A stretch of DNA of 60,308 bases, counting the filler, from Trichosphaerium sp. ATCC 40318 (lineage: Eukaryota; Protista; Tubulinea), in assembly GCA_038496445.1 (NCBI GenBank). It is 2 parts of 2 records of this genome, joined end to end, with 100 filler letters (N's around TTAATTAATTAA, not from the genome) between each part and the next. Parts side by side here need not be neighbours in the genome. Positions count along the whole stretch, not along the records: positions 1 to 29,768 come from JALMLS010000335.1; positions 29,869 to 60,308 come from JALMLS010000063.1. One strand, written 5' to 3'. The notes beneath the pieces are model-generated. The model did not search any database and was not told the origin of the DNA. It saw nothing but the letters and a program-made list of their open reading frames with translations. The translations under genes were made by a program, and so were the position numbers. Below, piece by piece: positions 27,728 through 43,669 of this stretch. How positions within the stretch are numbered: position 1 is the stretch's first letter; every line of letters starts with the position of its first letter.

Positions 27728-29768
27728 ATGCAACGACCAGAAGCGGATAGCACTGCAAAGTCTACAAAACCAGGTTTTAGCGCGCTATGGGCTCGTTTAA
27801 ACCACGCAGCCCCACATACAACTTTTGGTACAATAAACTATCTTCGTCTTTCTGTACGCACCCTGTGCACCTTCTAAGGTGAATGTAATATACTTACATG
27901 TTGTTTAGCGTAATATTACTACTGTAAGTGTAGTAATTGCCTTGGGAGCCTTTTCCATCACGTTTTCCTCCTATTTAAACTATTTCAAAACCAACCAGTG
28001 TACAAACTTCTCCCAAGTGTTCACTGTACGTTGTTATCTACAAGTTTAGCTTATACACACGGACAACTGACGTTTAAGACTGAATAACGGTTTTGTTATT
28101 TAACGTTAAGCTCTTGATTAACACGCTAAATTACATAGCGCTAGTTTCGAGTCAGTTCCAGTCAGAAGGCTTTGCCATGAAGCAATGCAATATTAATTTA
28201 ACGCTCTGGGCTACTTGATAAACACTACACCGATCAGTAGCAAGCACTTGACATTCCTGACTACCAAGCATATGAAGTACTCCATAATAATCTCATAATG
28301 TTACCTGTCAGTGTTCACAACCTATCTCGAAAGATTAGGTATTTTATACTCTTACCACGTAAAAGTGTGCACGTGTTTATGTTTGAGAATGGCTTGATTT
28401 TCGTGGTAGTTACTGAGCATGAAAGATATTAATGACAAAAATAGAGATGAATATTAATGTATTTATGGATGGTTGTGAAGACTGACAGGTAACCCTTTGA
28501 GATTATGGCTTACTTTATATGCTTGGTAAGCAGAAATATGTCAATTGCTTGCTACCGATCGCGAGTGGTCTTTTATCAAGTCGAGCATTAAATTCATTTG
28601 CGTTACTTCATGTCAAAGCCTTCTGAATCTGGAACTGAATCGAAACTAGCGCTATGTAATTTAGCGTTATTTCGCCTCAAAAGCCCAACTATTCTCCGTC
28701 AATTCCTCGATGTCATCTAACAATTCTAACATACCTTCTTTTTATAGAGTGTGTCTTGGTTTGCACCATTTTATTTAGAGCGAATAATTCAAAATTTTTG
28801 TGTCGGTTTTTATTATGGTAGTCTAATATTATATTTGTGCAATTATTTAGAGACAGGTATGTTTTATTTGGCAAGTAGCCATTCTCTCATATCTTTCTAG
28901 ACAACAACCATTGTTTAATATTAGTAAGTATTTATGAAAAACATATCACAGTATTTCTTGAAACAGCATAAAGGTAAAGTTGCTGAACAACTCAGAGTTA
29001 TTCAAAATATGGAAAAGTTGTTATGGTGTCTGTGCCTTTATATGACAATAAGAAAAATTGTTTGATACCAACAACAGGCAGAAAGTGTTGTAATGAAGCT
29101 TATATAACGTTTGAATCAACAGAAGGAGTGAGTGCTGTTTATCAAAAACAGTATTACAAAAAGTGTTGTAAACACCAATATAGGTACATCCAATCCTTTA
29201 AAAGAATCTTTCTTAACTTGCACGACTATTACTGACTCCTTATTGATAGAAGAGTAAGGGCTGAAGTACCACAGGTACCAGAAGCAATTGATATGGACAA
29301 ATGGTCTGTCCAGACTTCATTCTATTGAAGGGGTTTTAAGTACGAACTTTGTTTGGTTTTTTTTACTTGTTTGTTGGACTTGGAATTAACACTGGATAGT
29401 GGTAGTAGTGATGGCTGTAATACTTGGCCTTATCTTAGGAAGCTCTGCTGTTATTTGTTTGAGATACACTGCGAGCCTTATCACTGATAATTCAGCCAGT
29501 GTTTTGTTAGTTTTAATGAGCGTTTTCCTTGTTTCTATTATTGAAAGCATTCTACGTGATTTATCAACATGTATGTTGGTCACATGACTCACTTAGCTTA
29601 AAAACAACCGCAATTCTCATTCATGAATGATATCTAAATTGTTTTCTAGATATCACAGACAAGTTAATTTGTCACTCAAACCATTCTTTCAAGGTACTGT
29701 TGTTTTTTTTTTTTTGTGGTTTCAAACTTTTTGCTATTTCAGCGTATTGACACCAGGATAACATATTT
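27728..29768 (+). CDS. Multi-pass membrane protein, OSCA/TMEM63(CSC1)-like; truncated by the assembly gap
   Basis: GTINYLRL + TM segments, cytosolic EAYITFES...VPQVPEAIDMDKW (recalls AFVTF..AP.P.DI.W), then further TM exons. Confidence 0.5.
28026..28747 (+). repeat. 722-nt intron occupied by a long imperfect inverted repeat
   Basis: Perfect 27-bp pairing 28124-28150 with 28640-28666. Bulged pairing continues inward to 28300-28322/28471-28493. The flanking exons join in frame (QVFT|SVSWF). Confidence 0.85.
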
Positions 29769-29868
29769 NNNNNNNNNNNNNNNNNNNNNNNNNNNNNNNN
29801 NNNNNNNNNNNNTTAATTAATTAANNNNNNNNNNNNNNNNNNNNNNNNNNNNNNNNNNNNNNNNNNNN
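29769..29868. other. Artificial contig-join linker (44 N + TTAATTAATTAA + 44 N)
   Basis: Six-frame stop linker centred in the Ns; true adjacency of the two sides is not established. Confidence 0.95.
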
Positions 29869-29925
29869 CTGACAGACCTTAGCTAGCGCCATAAATTAGA
29901 CTTCAATACTTTTGCGTTAAACAAG

Positions 29926-31005
29926 ATGGGCTGTAATCAGACCAAAAAAGAAGGTTAATTAGCAGCGTATTAGATTAACTTCGTAACTTTTCGCTTCAGA
30001 TATTCTCAAAGATGAAACACATCAGAGACCACGTAATCGTGGGGACAAAAGGACCAAACCGAGTGCGCCAATGGGGACGCCAATAGGGTATTTGAATAAA
30101 ATTAAAAAAAAACTGTTATGCGTTAGCTAAGAGCTCCGTTGCGATAAAAACCGAGCGGTGGTGATAACCCAGATACTATCGTGTCAAAATCATACACAGA
30201 TGGAAGAATGGAGGACGATGACGCTTTTTTTGAGCGCCTTCAACGAGACCAGCAAGCACAGTTCCAAGAGATATTAAAGGACGCAGAAAGGTGAGAAATT
30301 CTGTTTTATCATTCCATGTCATTATTAACGCCCAAAAGCTCCATGTTTGAAGTAGCACAGGCGACAAGTCAGCCTGAACCCGATATAGATGAAGTAGAAT
30401 TGTCGGAACGCCAACAAATATATTTGTACGTATTCTTTTATTTTTTGGCGTCGTATAAGCTTTTTCAGGCATTATGAGTGGTATAGAGCAATAAAAAACA
30501 AGTTGCCTTTTTTTTCATCAAACGACACTATTTTTGCGTTTTGATGTATTGCATTCTAACACACAACAAGTGGCGCATTAAATAAGTACAACATTCGAAC
30601 ACAAGGCCAATTTTCTATCCCGCATAAAATAGGCGAGCACGAAATAAAGCAAGTCATCAACACTGTCACAGACACAGAAGCTAATGAGGTATGTCGCACA
30701 AACTTTTCGGTTAGCGTAAACTAGACCAACTACGTATATTTCTTCTACAACGCCAGCAATTATTTTCCTTGGTAGAAAAGACCACTGAAAGGCCGATTAT
30801 GCAATTTTGTTCGGTTGGTTACAATCAATCTTCTCCTTTTCAAGCGCTTTTCTTTGCTCTGGCGACTATCCTTTCGCGTGAAGCTTATTTTATTTCGTAG
30901 TTGAATGACATCTACGCGTCTGTACTTGTCACTTTCGAAAAGATGAAAATCAAACCACTGGACGTACCAATTGTCACAACACTTCTTCTTGGAGAGGAAG
31001 GTTGA
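29926..31005 (+). CDS. Hypothetical protein with N-terminal myristoylation/palmitoylation motif
   Basis: MGCNQTKKE start; multi-exon; ends PIVTTLLLGEEG*. Confidence 0.55.
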
Positions 31006-31368
31006 TTTATAAGATAAATAACACAACAAAAGAAAAAAACGAAACCAGAAAAAAACCCCCACCCACTGTCACAAACCCAAAATTTTATCATTCGAATAAT
31101 CGCTCATGTAGCAACGAAGCTTGTAGCGTTGCTTTTTTTTATGCTCCACTAAGCGAAATTGACGAATGCTTGTATTTTGTCTAAAACACACTTGTACACA
31201 AATAACAAACGCTGCTCACCTACTACATATGTTTAAAGTTTCTTTCGGACTTGAACAGTGAAAGATTAGATCGACTTTTTAAGCCACCTTTTTTTTTTTC
31301 CAAAGCGGTTTGTATAAATTTCCACGTGCTTCCAATTTGCGTTTTTTGAGAACTGTGTAACACCAACA

Positions 31369-34300
31369 ATGGCAGAAAGGGTGCCTTTAATGCAGTTGGG
31401 GCATGGCAAAACCTATGGCTCAAATGATGTGTCGCTAGAAGAAGATTCATCGTGTGAAGACCACTTTTCTTTTGAACTTCAAGGTACTGTTAAACACTCA
31501 CATGTAGTAATATATGACTCTTTTTAGATGATTTTGACGAGCTTTATGATGATTGTGACGTAGATTCAAGGTTAGCTATCTTCTCACGTGACCATACTAA
31601 TATTAAACACGTGTAGTGGTTCTCTAAGCTCGTCCGAGTTTGAAAAAGGTTTGCGGTACATGAAAGAAGCATTAATTTACAAGGGTACCTTCACAAAGCT
31701 TGGTTAAGCAAGTTGTTTATTCGCTGTAGGTGCCAAAGTGAAAAGTAAGAGGCAAATACCCATTGCGCCTTTACGCCGTATGCTTCGGTTCCCCTGAATC
31801 AATCGCAATTTTTCCTAGTGTGTGAGGCTATTTTACTCACGGCTAGGCCTGAATTTGAGAAAAAGTTGACAACAAAAGATGTACATTTATTTTTTTTTTT
31901 GACAGTATCAATGTTCACTCGCTGATCCGGTTTTAGGAAATATATGATTTGTTAATAAGCAAACAAATAACCTCTTATCCAAAGAGGTTTATTGAGAGGA
32001 TTTGTACACGTGTTGGTGCGAACGGTTTTTGGTCCTGTTTTAGTTGTATTGTGCTCACCAAATATTAGGTAATGCTATTCCAATGGGAGAGTACACACCA
32101 GGCTGTTACAAAAAATACAAGAAGCACTTGACTGCAGACAAGCAACGCGGTTCTCTGCTCACGTTCTTTAAAATTGTGTTGTTTGTTGTACTATTTCCAG
32201 TATCTCTTCCGTACTTGGCGGTTGCAGAAGTGAATAGGAACCCTGAGAATTTCTCAGGTGGCTTAGTAAGTTGTTTAGTTTGCATCTTTTTTTAATGTTT
32301 GACTTTAGCACAAATTTTTTTATCTGATGGGTGCAGTGTTTGGTTCTGTTGCTACCTACTTGTTTGTTGTAATAGTGCCAATACTCTCGGTTGTATACTA
32401 TGCTATGAATAGAGGTTAGAATTATTCTGTAGTCCATTATAAGTAACTTTAAATTAGATACAATTACGAATCTATTCCTAGCTGAGGCAGTTGAACCTAT
32501 TGTACTTCTTGTTCTTGTCTTAATTTGTACCGCAAGTGCATACCTTCTAGAAAACGAACGTATGTTGTATTTTCATTGTATTTCTAAATTTACATGTAAT
32601 AGAGACAAATCCAAAGAAGAAGAAACCGCAATGGGACACTGATCTGAGTAAACTTGAAGGAGATGACATGAGCGACATGGGCTTATTTGTTATCCCGAAA
32701 CATCACGCCAAACCTGGTTTCGATCTTGATCACGGGTTTTTCATAACAAGAGACTTTGAGCTAGATGCTAGATATGGCAAAGAGCGAGTTAGTTGGGCTT
32801 GTGTACGTTGTACTTTGTTGTTAGTTTAAAAAAACTAATGGATCAAAAGATTGACTATGCCTTGCCTAATTGCCAACACATTCTCGAAATGTTAAACGGT
32901 ATAAGTCAGCAACCTCCGATGGAAGAGATGGCTAAGTTCTTATACAGACGTCTTCACAGTTTACCATTGGTACACTATAAGAGCTCCAGGCATTTCGAGC
33001 AAACTTAACATTCTTTTGCAATAGATGTTTCTCTTGGCTGTTATTTTTGCACTTGTGCCATCAGTGCATAGAGCAATTTTTGTACGTTTGTTCCGAAGTG
33101 CTGTAACCTATTAAAAGCACGTAGGAACCAGAGATAGGGTTTTGGGGATCAACTTATGAAGCTCATTTCATTACTGTTGTTGGGATAACTCACGTGACTT
33201 TTTTCTACACCCGTGAGTTGTTTCATTAGATAACCTGTTCTGACAAAGTACAATAGTTATGCTTACAATGCTCGTTTCTGTTTCTTCCATCTTGAATTCA
33301 TATGAGGAAGTGTTAGGCGCGTTCGACCACTTCAACACAAAGGAGGTACATACCACGATTACTATCTAATTTTTTTGGTTTTTTTTTGTTTGCTAATCAT
33401 TGGTTCAGTCAATTAGAAGTTACATAAGAGAAAACGAAGAGTTGTTTCAAATAGATGATGCACATCACTTCATGGAGAAGAAGAGAATACTCGACAAAAT
33501 TGGGGCTGCAAACAAAGATCATCTATTGTATTACTATACAATGGAAGAAATTGTTGCCAAAGAACGAGAATCAAAAAGACAAAGAGGAGAAAGACGTATG
33601 TCTCTTCTTCAAAATGTATAAAATTCAAAGTAGCACTAACGAAAGCTCACAGTCAAGAGATATCACAGTGGCCAGGGTGGACAAAACAGAGGCGGACAGA
33701 GCGAAAACAAGGAAGCTCCAAAGGAGAAATTGAGTACGACTCGTCAAATTGAAAAGTCTCATGAGCCATACGCAGTTACACAACCCGGTGAGACCCAAAA
33801 ACCAGATGATGTTGATGAGACAGAAGATGACAGCTACGCAAATGGTAAAGAGATGCTTCAAAACAATAAAGCTCTTGCAAAAGCTAACTTGAGTGCTGTG
33901 TTGATACCATGGTTACCTCTAAGTAAACCAAAGGTAATCCGCATGAGGTTAAGCTTACTGACTTTTCTTCTCAGAACTTGCTTATTTGGAATTCCATGCG
34001 TCAAGCTATCCATGATGTTTGGCAAGAACGACTCAACCGTGCACCTATTGCTTTCATTGTAAGTGCAATTAGAATATAAACAAAAATACTGAGATATTTA
34101 GGGTGTACCACTTTTGTTGCATATCTTCATTGGTGCCTTTGTTGTTCTTAGTGAATTGTTCCAAGTTCTAAGCAGCGGCCATTACTTTATTGTACAATCA
34201 ATCTGGGCTGTTGTTATCATTTCAGTTATTGCGTATTCTATTCTATCACACGTGCGTCATGTGGGCGCTATAGGTTTTAGTACTCACTCGTTCATGATAG

Positions 34301-34920
34301 GGCACCAATGTAAATGAGACTGAAGATGGGTTCTTTAGTAAAATGATAGATTTGGAGTTAAGCCTCACTGCAGATCTTGAAGTGTTGTTTAAAAGCCCAA
34401 AAACAAATCAACAACGTGGATTTGGGCGCGCTCAAAGCGGGAGAGGCCAAGGCGGTGGAAGAGGACAACAAGGCGGCGGTAAAGGACAACAGGGCGGTAA
34501 AGGGCAAGGTAGACAGAACCAAGGTAATGCGCCAGGTGATGATACAGCCAAAAGTCAGGAGGATAGCGAAAAAGATCCACAGACGAAGCCTGTAGAGCCT
34601 CCAAAAGTTGTAAAAACACCTGAACAACAACAAAGACAAAGTTTCAGACAACAGCGAAAACTGAATGCTGAACAAGATGAAGAAAGGCTTGAGATTGAAA
34701 GACAAAATCTGAATGCGAAGTTGTCACTTATTGGTATTATCCGCTCTCACATAAGGTACATGCTAAGCATCCTTCATGTAATCTTACTTTTTTTTCTAGT
34801 GGTAACAGAGATCCTGTTAAGATCCTTGGATTTGAGGCGTCTGCTGAATTCTTGTCAACAGTTGTTGGTTTCTATATAACGCTCGGCACTGCATTATTTT
34901 CAATGACACTATTAGAGTAA
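31369..34920 (+). CDS. PHTF/gustatory-receptor-like (7TM ion-channel superfamily) membrane protein with N-terminal EF-hand-like motif
   Basis: DCDVDSSGSLSSSEF near the N-terminus and multiple TM exons. IPWLPLSKPKNLLIWNSMRQAI and terminal PVKILGFEASAEFLSTVVGFYITL resemble recalled PHTF signatures. Confidence 0.55.
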
Positions 34921-35099
34921 TACAACATTAGCAGCAATTCGTTTCATTCCTGATTCTTGAGGTTTTTTTTCCTCCAATCTTGTGCCAAATAACTAGTTCA
35001 CTTATCAATCCTCTTTTTTTCCAAGTTTGCTACCGCTACCCGAATACTAAAATAGACGGAGTGTGTGACTTTTTTATGGTTATTTTATTTGAAATAGTG

Positions 35100-36081
35100 A
35101 TGCACGTAACACCTAGTGAGTGCAAGGATATTATTAATAGGGGAGAAAAGACAAACTCCTTTACAGGTAGTCGAAACATGTGATATTAAGCGTGATACAA
35201 GCTCTAGGGGTATGTGGGCGCATTACTAGAGGCTATGAGCCTGATCATTTTGCTCGCCTGTCTACAGAGAGCTACAAGCGCATTTCGTGGCTATTTGGGG
35301 CCGAGGCTATTCACTGCATGATAGGTAGTGCTAAAAACGTTGGCATAGTGGTTAATTTGTTCTAAGGTCTCTCGGGTTATGAAATGCTGCATCACATTGG
35401 GTGTGAAGACAAGTGGATCTCAAAAAAGTTAAAACAGGGTTACCAGTTCAAAATAGCCATTGTGCCCGACAATCTAGGCGCGTTAGTACCTGCCACTTGG
35501 GAGAATACAATAAAGCTCACTGCCAAAGCGTTCCCTGAGGCACGTACTCACGTGACAGTTTTCTTGTTTATTTTTTTGATAATAGATAAACGGAGAGTTG
35601 ATGCTAAGACATGTTGAAGAACTAAAGACCAAACCGTACTCCCAAATTGAAAAAGAAGTTGGATATGATATCTACGAAGCCAAAGAACGTGGCCGCGAGA
35701 ACAATCCACTACGTATGGTACGCTTGCATACGGTGCTTGGTGACAACTCAACTTTGTTTCAAGACCTGGCAGAAACTCGCAAAGAGCAAGTACACAGTAA
35801 ATGATGTTCGGGTGTTTTTGCACCACGAGAGTAAGTCCCTTGCCATCAGTAGAGTTACTAATTGAGCGTTATAGTTGGTTGTAGCAAGCTTTTTGCCGGT
35901 GACGGTTATTGTAAAACAGTGGAAGGAGTAAGTACATCAAAAGAGGTAAGTATTGTTTTTTACAAGTAGGCAAGAATACAATGGGCTGACTTGTTTGCAG
36001 TACCTGACTCTGAACCGACCGTTTTCTGAGATGCACTCGTACGCACTTGTAGATATGAACGTAATAGTACCAAAATCGTAA
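35100..36081 (+). CDS. Hypothetical protein
   Basis: Spliced frame GVCGRITRG...GLSGYEMLHHIG...VPATWEN...VRVFLHHEIGCSKLFAGDGY...KEYLTLNRP. Confidence 0.65.
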
Positions 36082-36149
36082 GGCAAAGGATGTGCAATAT
36101 TCAAACAATAAACCTTTTGTATCCATAGCTTTACATAACATCGTTTATC

Positions 36150-39100
36150 TCAAGAGTTCAACGAGCGCCTAATAGCCTCATCAAGGTCCCTATTTATAAT
36201 AAGATAAAATGTCTAAATACATGGTACATTTAAAACAAAAGCGTACATTTCTTCTTTACTTTTACCAGAAGTGGCAGTCCCCAAAGATTCTTGAATAGCA
36301 CGTTCAAGCAAAGCTTGCTAAAAAAAGTGTTAAAACCAAGAAAAACTTGGTAAGGAAGGGTACCTCTTCAGCTCTAGTTTGGGATTTGCTCATTTGCATG
36401 GCATGTTTCAAGTCTCTCAAGTCTTTTTTACCATCCACACGCACGTGATTAGCACTTGGCTTGCCACCAAAAGCGAATTGGTCAGTTACACGACGACTGT
36501 ATTTGTCTTGAACTGCATTTGCTGCAATATCAAGTAGTGCAGTCCTACTTCGTAGTGCTACCTAAAAGTTACATTTTAGCTATTAACATCTAATTTTTCT
36601 TGTTACCTTTGTAGCGTTTATAACTTCTGTTCGAGTTCTACACAACACTGGTATGGCCTTTTTTTCAATAACATGAGACAGGGCCTCGCAATGTCGCTCT
36701 AGTTCATTTTGCTGGTGCTCAAACAAATCCTGTACAAAAGTTGTCAGTAAAACAAAAAAAAAAAGTGTTCCAAAGTACTTTGTTTATTTCTGGACAATCG
36801 GTTGCCCTAAAATAGCCAAATATGAATGAATGAGCGAGAACAGTTCTGATCTGGTAACCTCAGGTTAGTTGTGCTGGCTTTATAGTGTTTACCAACCTGT
36901 ATTAGACCATCAACAGCATCTTTATAAAACGCACTTGCGGCCCATGAAATACCAGCAACATCTTGCATGCCACACCGCCTTTTTCAAATTTATTAGTATA
37001 AAATAGAAAAAGCACTAAGAGGACTCCTTAATTCGTGTAGTATTTACGTACTTGTGATCTATATGCTTGACCATGCGTGTCTCTATTTTACGTGATTCTA
37101 TATGACCATTAAAGCGCTCTGCATAGAATCGAAATCGTTGCCAATCTTGTCTACAGTGTGCGTGAATAAGACGTTGTACGGCAAAATATGTGACAATTAT
37201 ACCTGGACTTCTTGACCTTAGCATCCTCTTCAAAAAATCCATTGCATTTGTGATTACTGTACCCATCTGTACCTCCCATTTTGCCAGAACCAAATTTCTT
37301 CATGCACAACCAGCAAAAATGGAATTTGCAACCTTGGCAGGTCATGTGGTTACTAGTTAAGTGTTAGTATTGTACACGAGCAGAGTTGAAAGTAAATGCA
37401 AAGAATCAAGCAATTTCATACCAACCGCCATTCTTCTCTACGAAAGATGTAAGAAAAAAAGACGTGGTTGTTGAGTAATAGTACCAATTGGCGAGTTACA
37501 TCTTGGGCAAGGCCTACTAATTGTCTTTGCGTATGATTCTGTAAGTGCATCATTACCACCCTTTTAGGTCACTTAGCAATAGCGCTCTCACCGCTAACTA
37601 TGCAACGCACTTCATTCCTTTTGTTCCACTCCCTAACCATATCGCAAAATGCAGGTGAATGTGCAGGTTCCGAACAACGAAAGCTTCGATAAAAATAGTT
37701 AGACATTGAATTAAACCCTCACAAAAGGGTTTACCAAAAGTTGTGGCCACATTTGCACTTTATTTGTTCGTTCTTATCTGCTTGAACTTCTTTAAGATGG
37801 ATGGCATACTTACACCCTAGTTTTTGTATTAGCAAACTAGAATTACTACACCGCTGTACCAGGTGCTGGACACCACCGCACAAATTGATTTTCATCCACA
37901 AAGGAGGCTATGAGTGTCTTGTTGAATTTTCTCTTTTGTTTTTTATCGCCCACCAACTTGTTAAAAAACGTTATTAGAGAAACAAATATGAGTTATAATA
38001 CTGTACCTCTAGTACAGTAAACTCATCTAGTACATAAGTACACTTATGTCCTGGACACGGTATCATCTTTTGTTGCTCTTTAATTTTGATTTCAAGGTAA
38101 TCCCGCCAACAACCTATTAATCAAAACTCTTAGCCTTTAACTGAAGAATAAGGGTAGTACCGATGCAAAAGGCGTGCCCACAAGCAAGAGTCCAAAGAGA
38201 CTACAAAAGGTAGTCAGGAATAGCTGCGAATAAAAGTTTCTATTACGCACGGCGTCGTCCATGCAAATTGTACATTCTCCTTCAATTTTCTTTGCAGTGG
38301 CTTGTTTGGGCGCACCCCTTTTTGGCAACTTAACACCAGCACGCTTACACAGCTTGCGTCTGCTATCTTCGCAGAATGTTAAGCAATGTAGAAAATATTT
38401 CACAACAAAGAGTTATACCTGCCCAAGCTTCCATGAGCGCTTCTTTGTCCCACTGTAGAGAGTAAGGAAATATATAACAACAGTGAAGTACACAATAACG
38501 CCAAAATAAACAAAAACGATTCAAAATATGCTCCAAAGAAATAATCACGTGCCTGTTTGTATTGAAGCAACACTCTTCCAGTTGCAAATGGAACCTGCAA
38601 CACTTCACAAACTTGGGTAATGTTTTCTTTCTGTCTGGCTATGATATCTTTTTTGCTCAAACATTCGTATTTGGCCTCTAACAGAAAGTGTCAGCGGATT
38701 TAAAAAACTGCCAGCAGTACGTACCTGCAAAACCAGTACTCACAGAAGCATCTGCGAATTTAACGTCAAATTCTGCGGACTCCCCCAAAACGTAATCGTC
38801 CTTTGCACACGTGTTAAAATAGCGTCAACAGAGGAGGTTCAAAATGGCTGTCCTTCAGAACGTTTTGTTTTTTTACAATAACAATAAACAATGAGTCGTA
38901 CGTTGTCCTCGAAGTCCATCATGTCATCGTCGTAGTCAGAAGGGGGTTGAAAATCCTCTTCTGACATTGGTTCGTCTTTGTCTTCTATTTCGTCACTATC
39001 TTCTATTACGATTGGTGTGTATTGCTTTACAGGCGCCTTGGGAGCCTGGCATTGGAGAAATTAGGGCGGTTGTTGTTCACATAACGTAATTTTTGTTCAG

Positions 39101-39175
39101 TACCACAGATTCCAAGCTTTGAGCAATGGCTAGGGCCAACATCTCATCTTCTGTCATATTACGGTCGAACGACAT
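36150..39175 (-). CDS. Ariadne-type RBR E3 ubiquitin ligase with N- and C-terminal UIM-like motifs
   Basis: EDEMLALAIAQSL; RING1 CTICMDD..CGHAFC; IBR WCPAPGC..CGHNFC; RING2 PCPRCNSPIEKNGGCNHMTC..CKFHFCWLC; Ariadne domain; C-terminal LERAIQES and LDEAIRRSL. Confidence 0.9.
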
Positions 39176-39298
39176 GGTGACGAGGCCTACAAACTTTACA
39201 CAAACAACATAAGATGCTTGACTTTTTTTTTTTTCTGACCGACGGAAAAAAAAAAATTCGTTGGTAAACATTGGCAGTTGATTTATTCTACAAACGAG

Positions 39299-41542
<2,244 letters not shown>

Positions 41543-41777
41543 GTACTTAGTGTATCAACTAAAATAAATTTTGCTTTCAATCAAAAAACGCTTCGAGCGC
41601 CGTGGGGGCATCAAACAGCCCTTTGTACTTTTTGGCCAACCAAGTCGAGGGAAAGCGAAACAACATTTTTTTTTTGCCGCGAAGAAAACTGAAGATTTTC
41701 GTGTAAAACGACTTTTTAAAGGCGACACAACACCTCATACGCTAATATTGTGCGTATTTTGATGCACCAGTCGGTAA

Positions 41778-42965
41778 ATGATTAGACGACAAGCTGAATG
41801 AGGAGAAAACAACGCGTCAGGCGTCCAAAAACCTTACTTGGTATGTACAGTGGCTGTGTAAGTTGGTTAAATGCTGTTGCGTTATTCTTTGTTCTAAAAC
41901 TTTGTAGATCTTAAGAAAAAGAAGATAGCTGTGGGCGATAAGGTCCTTGATTTAAAGTTCATCCACAGACAAACAAAAGACGACCATTCGTCGGTTACAT
42001 TACCTATTCGATCCAGACCTCAAGGAACAACGGCTGTACAAGGTATACGCCAAGCATTTACAATTGCCGCCACGGAGAAGGCTAATTGGCGAAATGATCG
42101 GTTACAGAAATTGTCTGTAACTACTTCACCCCAAAAACATCGCAGGCGCGCCTCTACAAACTCGAGGAATATACACAAGCATGAACACGAAAGTAAACAC
42201 AGCAACACGAGGCGACATTCGGTAGCACACGTCAGATCAAAAGAACCTATACGCCGGTACCTAAAAACGTAAACTATTTAGCTCAACCAAAATAATTTTT
42301 GTTTATTAGACAAGGCGCAGACAATGGTACAAGTCAACCAGAAGAAGCTATTATAGCTACACCTGAAGCAATCATCCATGTCAATGCAGCCGCTCTTGGT
42401 AAGGTTGAACCAATTGTTGCATTTTTGTATCCCTCTCCAGTAAATAGGTGAGCAGCTAAAACACTTCACATTTCTTATTGAGCTTGTTTAGAATAGATTC
42501 ACAGACGTTTAAGGATGTGTCAAGCGTGTGTATGTATTTATCAGCTATTCACTTTGTAGCTTTATCAAGTAACTAGTATGTAGCCACAGGAAATAGTCCT
42601 GTAATAGAGCAATCACAGTTTATTATGCCTTCAAACTGCCACCACAAACATAAACGTCAACGTAGCACACAAGCGTCACAGGTTTCACCCTCATTTAAGC
42701 GAAGGCGATTATTAGGCTCTCCTGTTATGGACAAAACTTCTCAGGTAAGTGGCTAATAGGCACAGTATATAAAATCTAAATTTTAAAGGTTGTGGACTTC
42801 AGTCAAAGTTTGACGTTATCTGGCTCAGGCAGTAAAGTTGGTTATTGCAGTGACAAAAGCACACAAACAGCTATTGATTTAACTTCACAGTTTATTTATA
42901 ACAGGACTCAACCTCAAACTCCAAGTCAGGAAAAACATTACAGTTCTGGAGAATTATTTGTGTAA
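41778..42965 (+). CDS. Hypothetical low-complexity basic protein
   Basis: Open S/T/R/K-rich exons with canonical short introns; no recognisable domain. Confidence 0.5.
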
Positions 42966-43077
42966 CTTTGTTAATGAAATATCATTAGATATAATAGATA
43001 CATGTAAATAACCAATATCATCTAATAAAATATGCAAGTAACAATTAAGTGTTTATTCTACAAAGTACTAGTCAATA

Positions 43078-43367
43078 CCAAACAAGTAGTTTTTATGATG
43101 GTAATTAATACAATTTGTAACCTTCCTTAACCCTAATAGTTAGAATATACCAATACAAAATAATTCTAAACACTAATAATAAAGTGTGATCAAAATGTAA
43201 AAAAAGAAAATAAAACAAAATATAAACCACTCCTACACTAACCCTAGTGATTATTATGTATTTTTAATAGGTTTGCTAAAAGTAATCATTAGGGTTATGG
43301 CTTATAAATAGGGCTAGGGTTTAGGAGTCTGCTACTATTTTTTTTTTCAAACCTTACATTTGCTTGG
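43078..43367. mobile_element. Putative MITE containing telomere-like motifs
   Basis: Ends ccaaacaa/ttgcttgg (1 mismatch) flanked by TA on both sides. Internal inverted pair taaccctagtgatta/taatcattagggtta, plus tagggctagggtttagg. Confidence 0.45.
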
Positions 43368-43669
43368 TAGTAACGTTCCGAGCTAATTTTGCCACATGCT
43401 ATTGCATGTAGAAATTTTCGTATGTTACAAGAGTCATAAAGATTAGTCCTTGTCATAATTTTGCATTTTTCTCATTATTTTCTTACTATTGTCTACATAC
43501 ACAATTGTCATCCACAATGGCAATTGCATGTTTGAAATTGTGCATGAAACTAAAGTGTTTGTTTGAATTACAAAGACTTTAAGCAGATTCAGTGAAATAG
43601 CCTTGATAAAATTAAAGTGTATGTTTGAATTATAAAAACTTTGAAGAGATTCAATGAAATTGACATAAT

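Noticed and set aside
29813-29824. TTAATTAATTAA palindrome within Ns
   Set aside because: Synthetic six-frame stop linker used to join contigs.
43100-43330. True telomere
   Set aside because: Only a few dispersed, inverted motifs; internal position.
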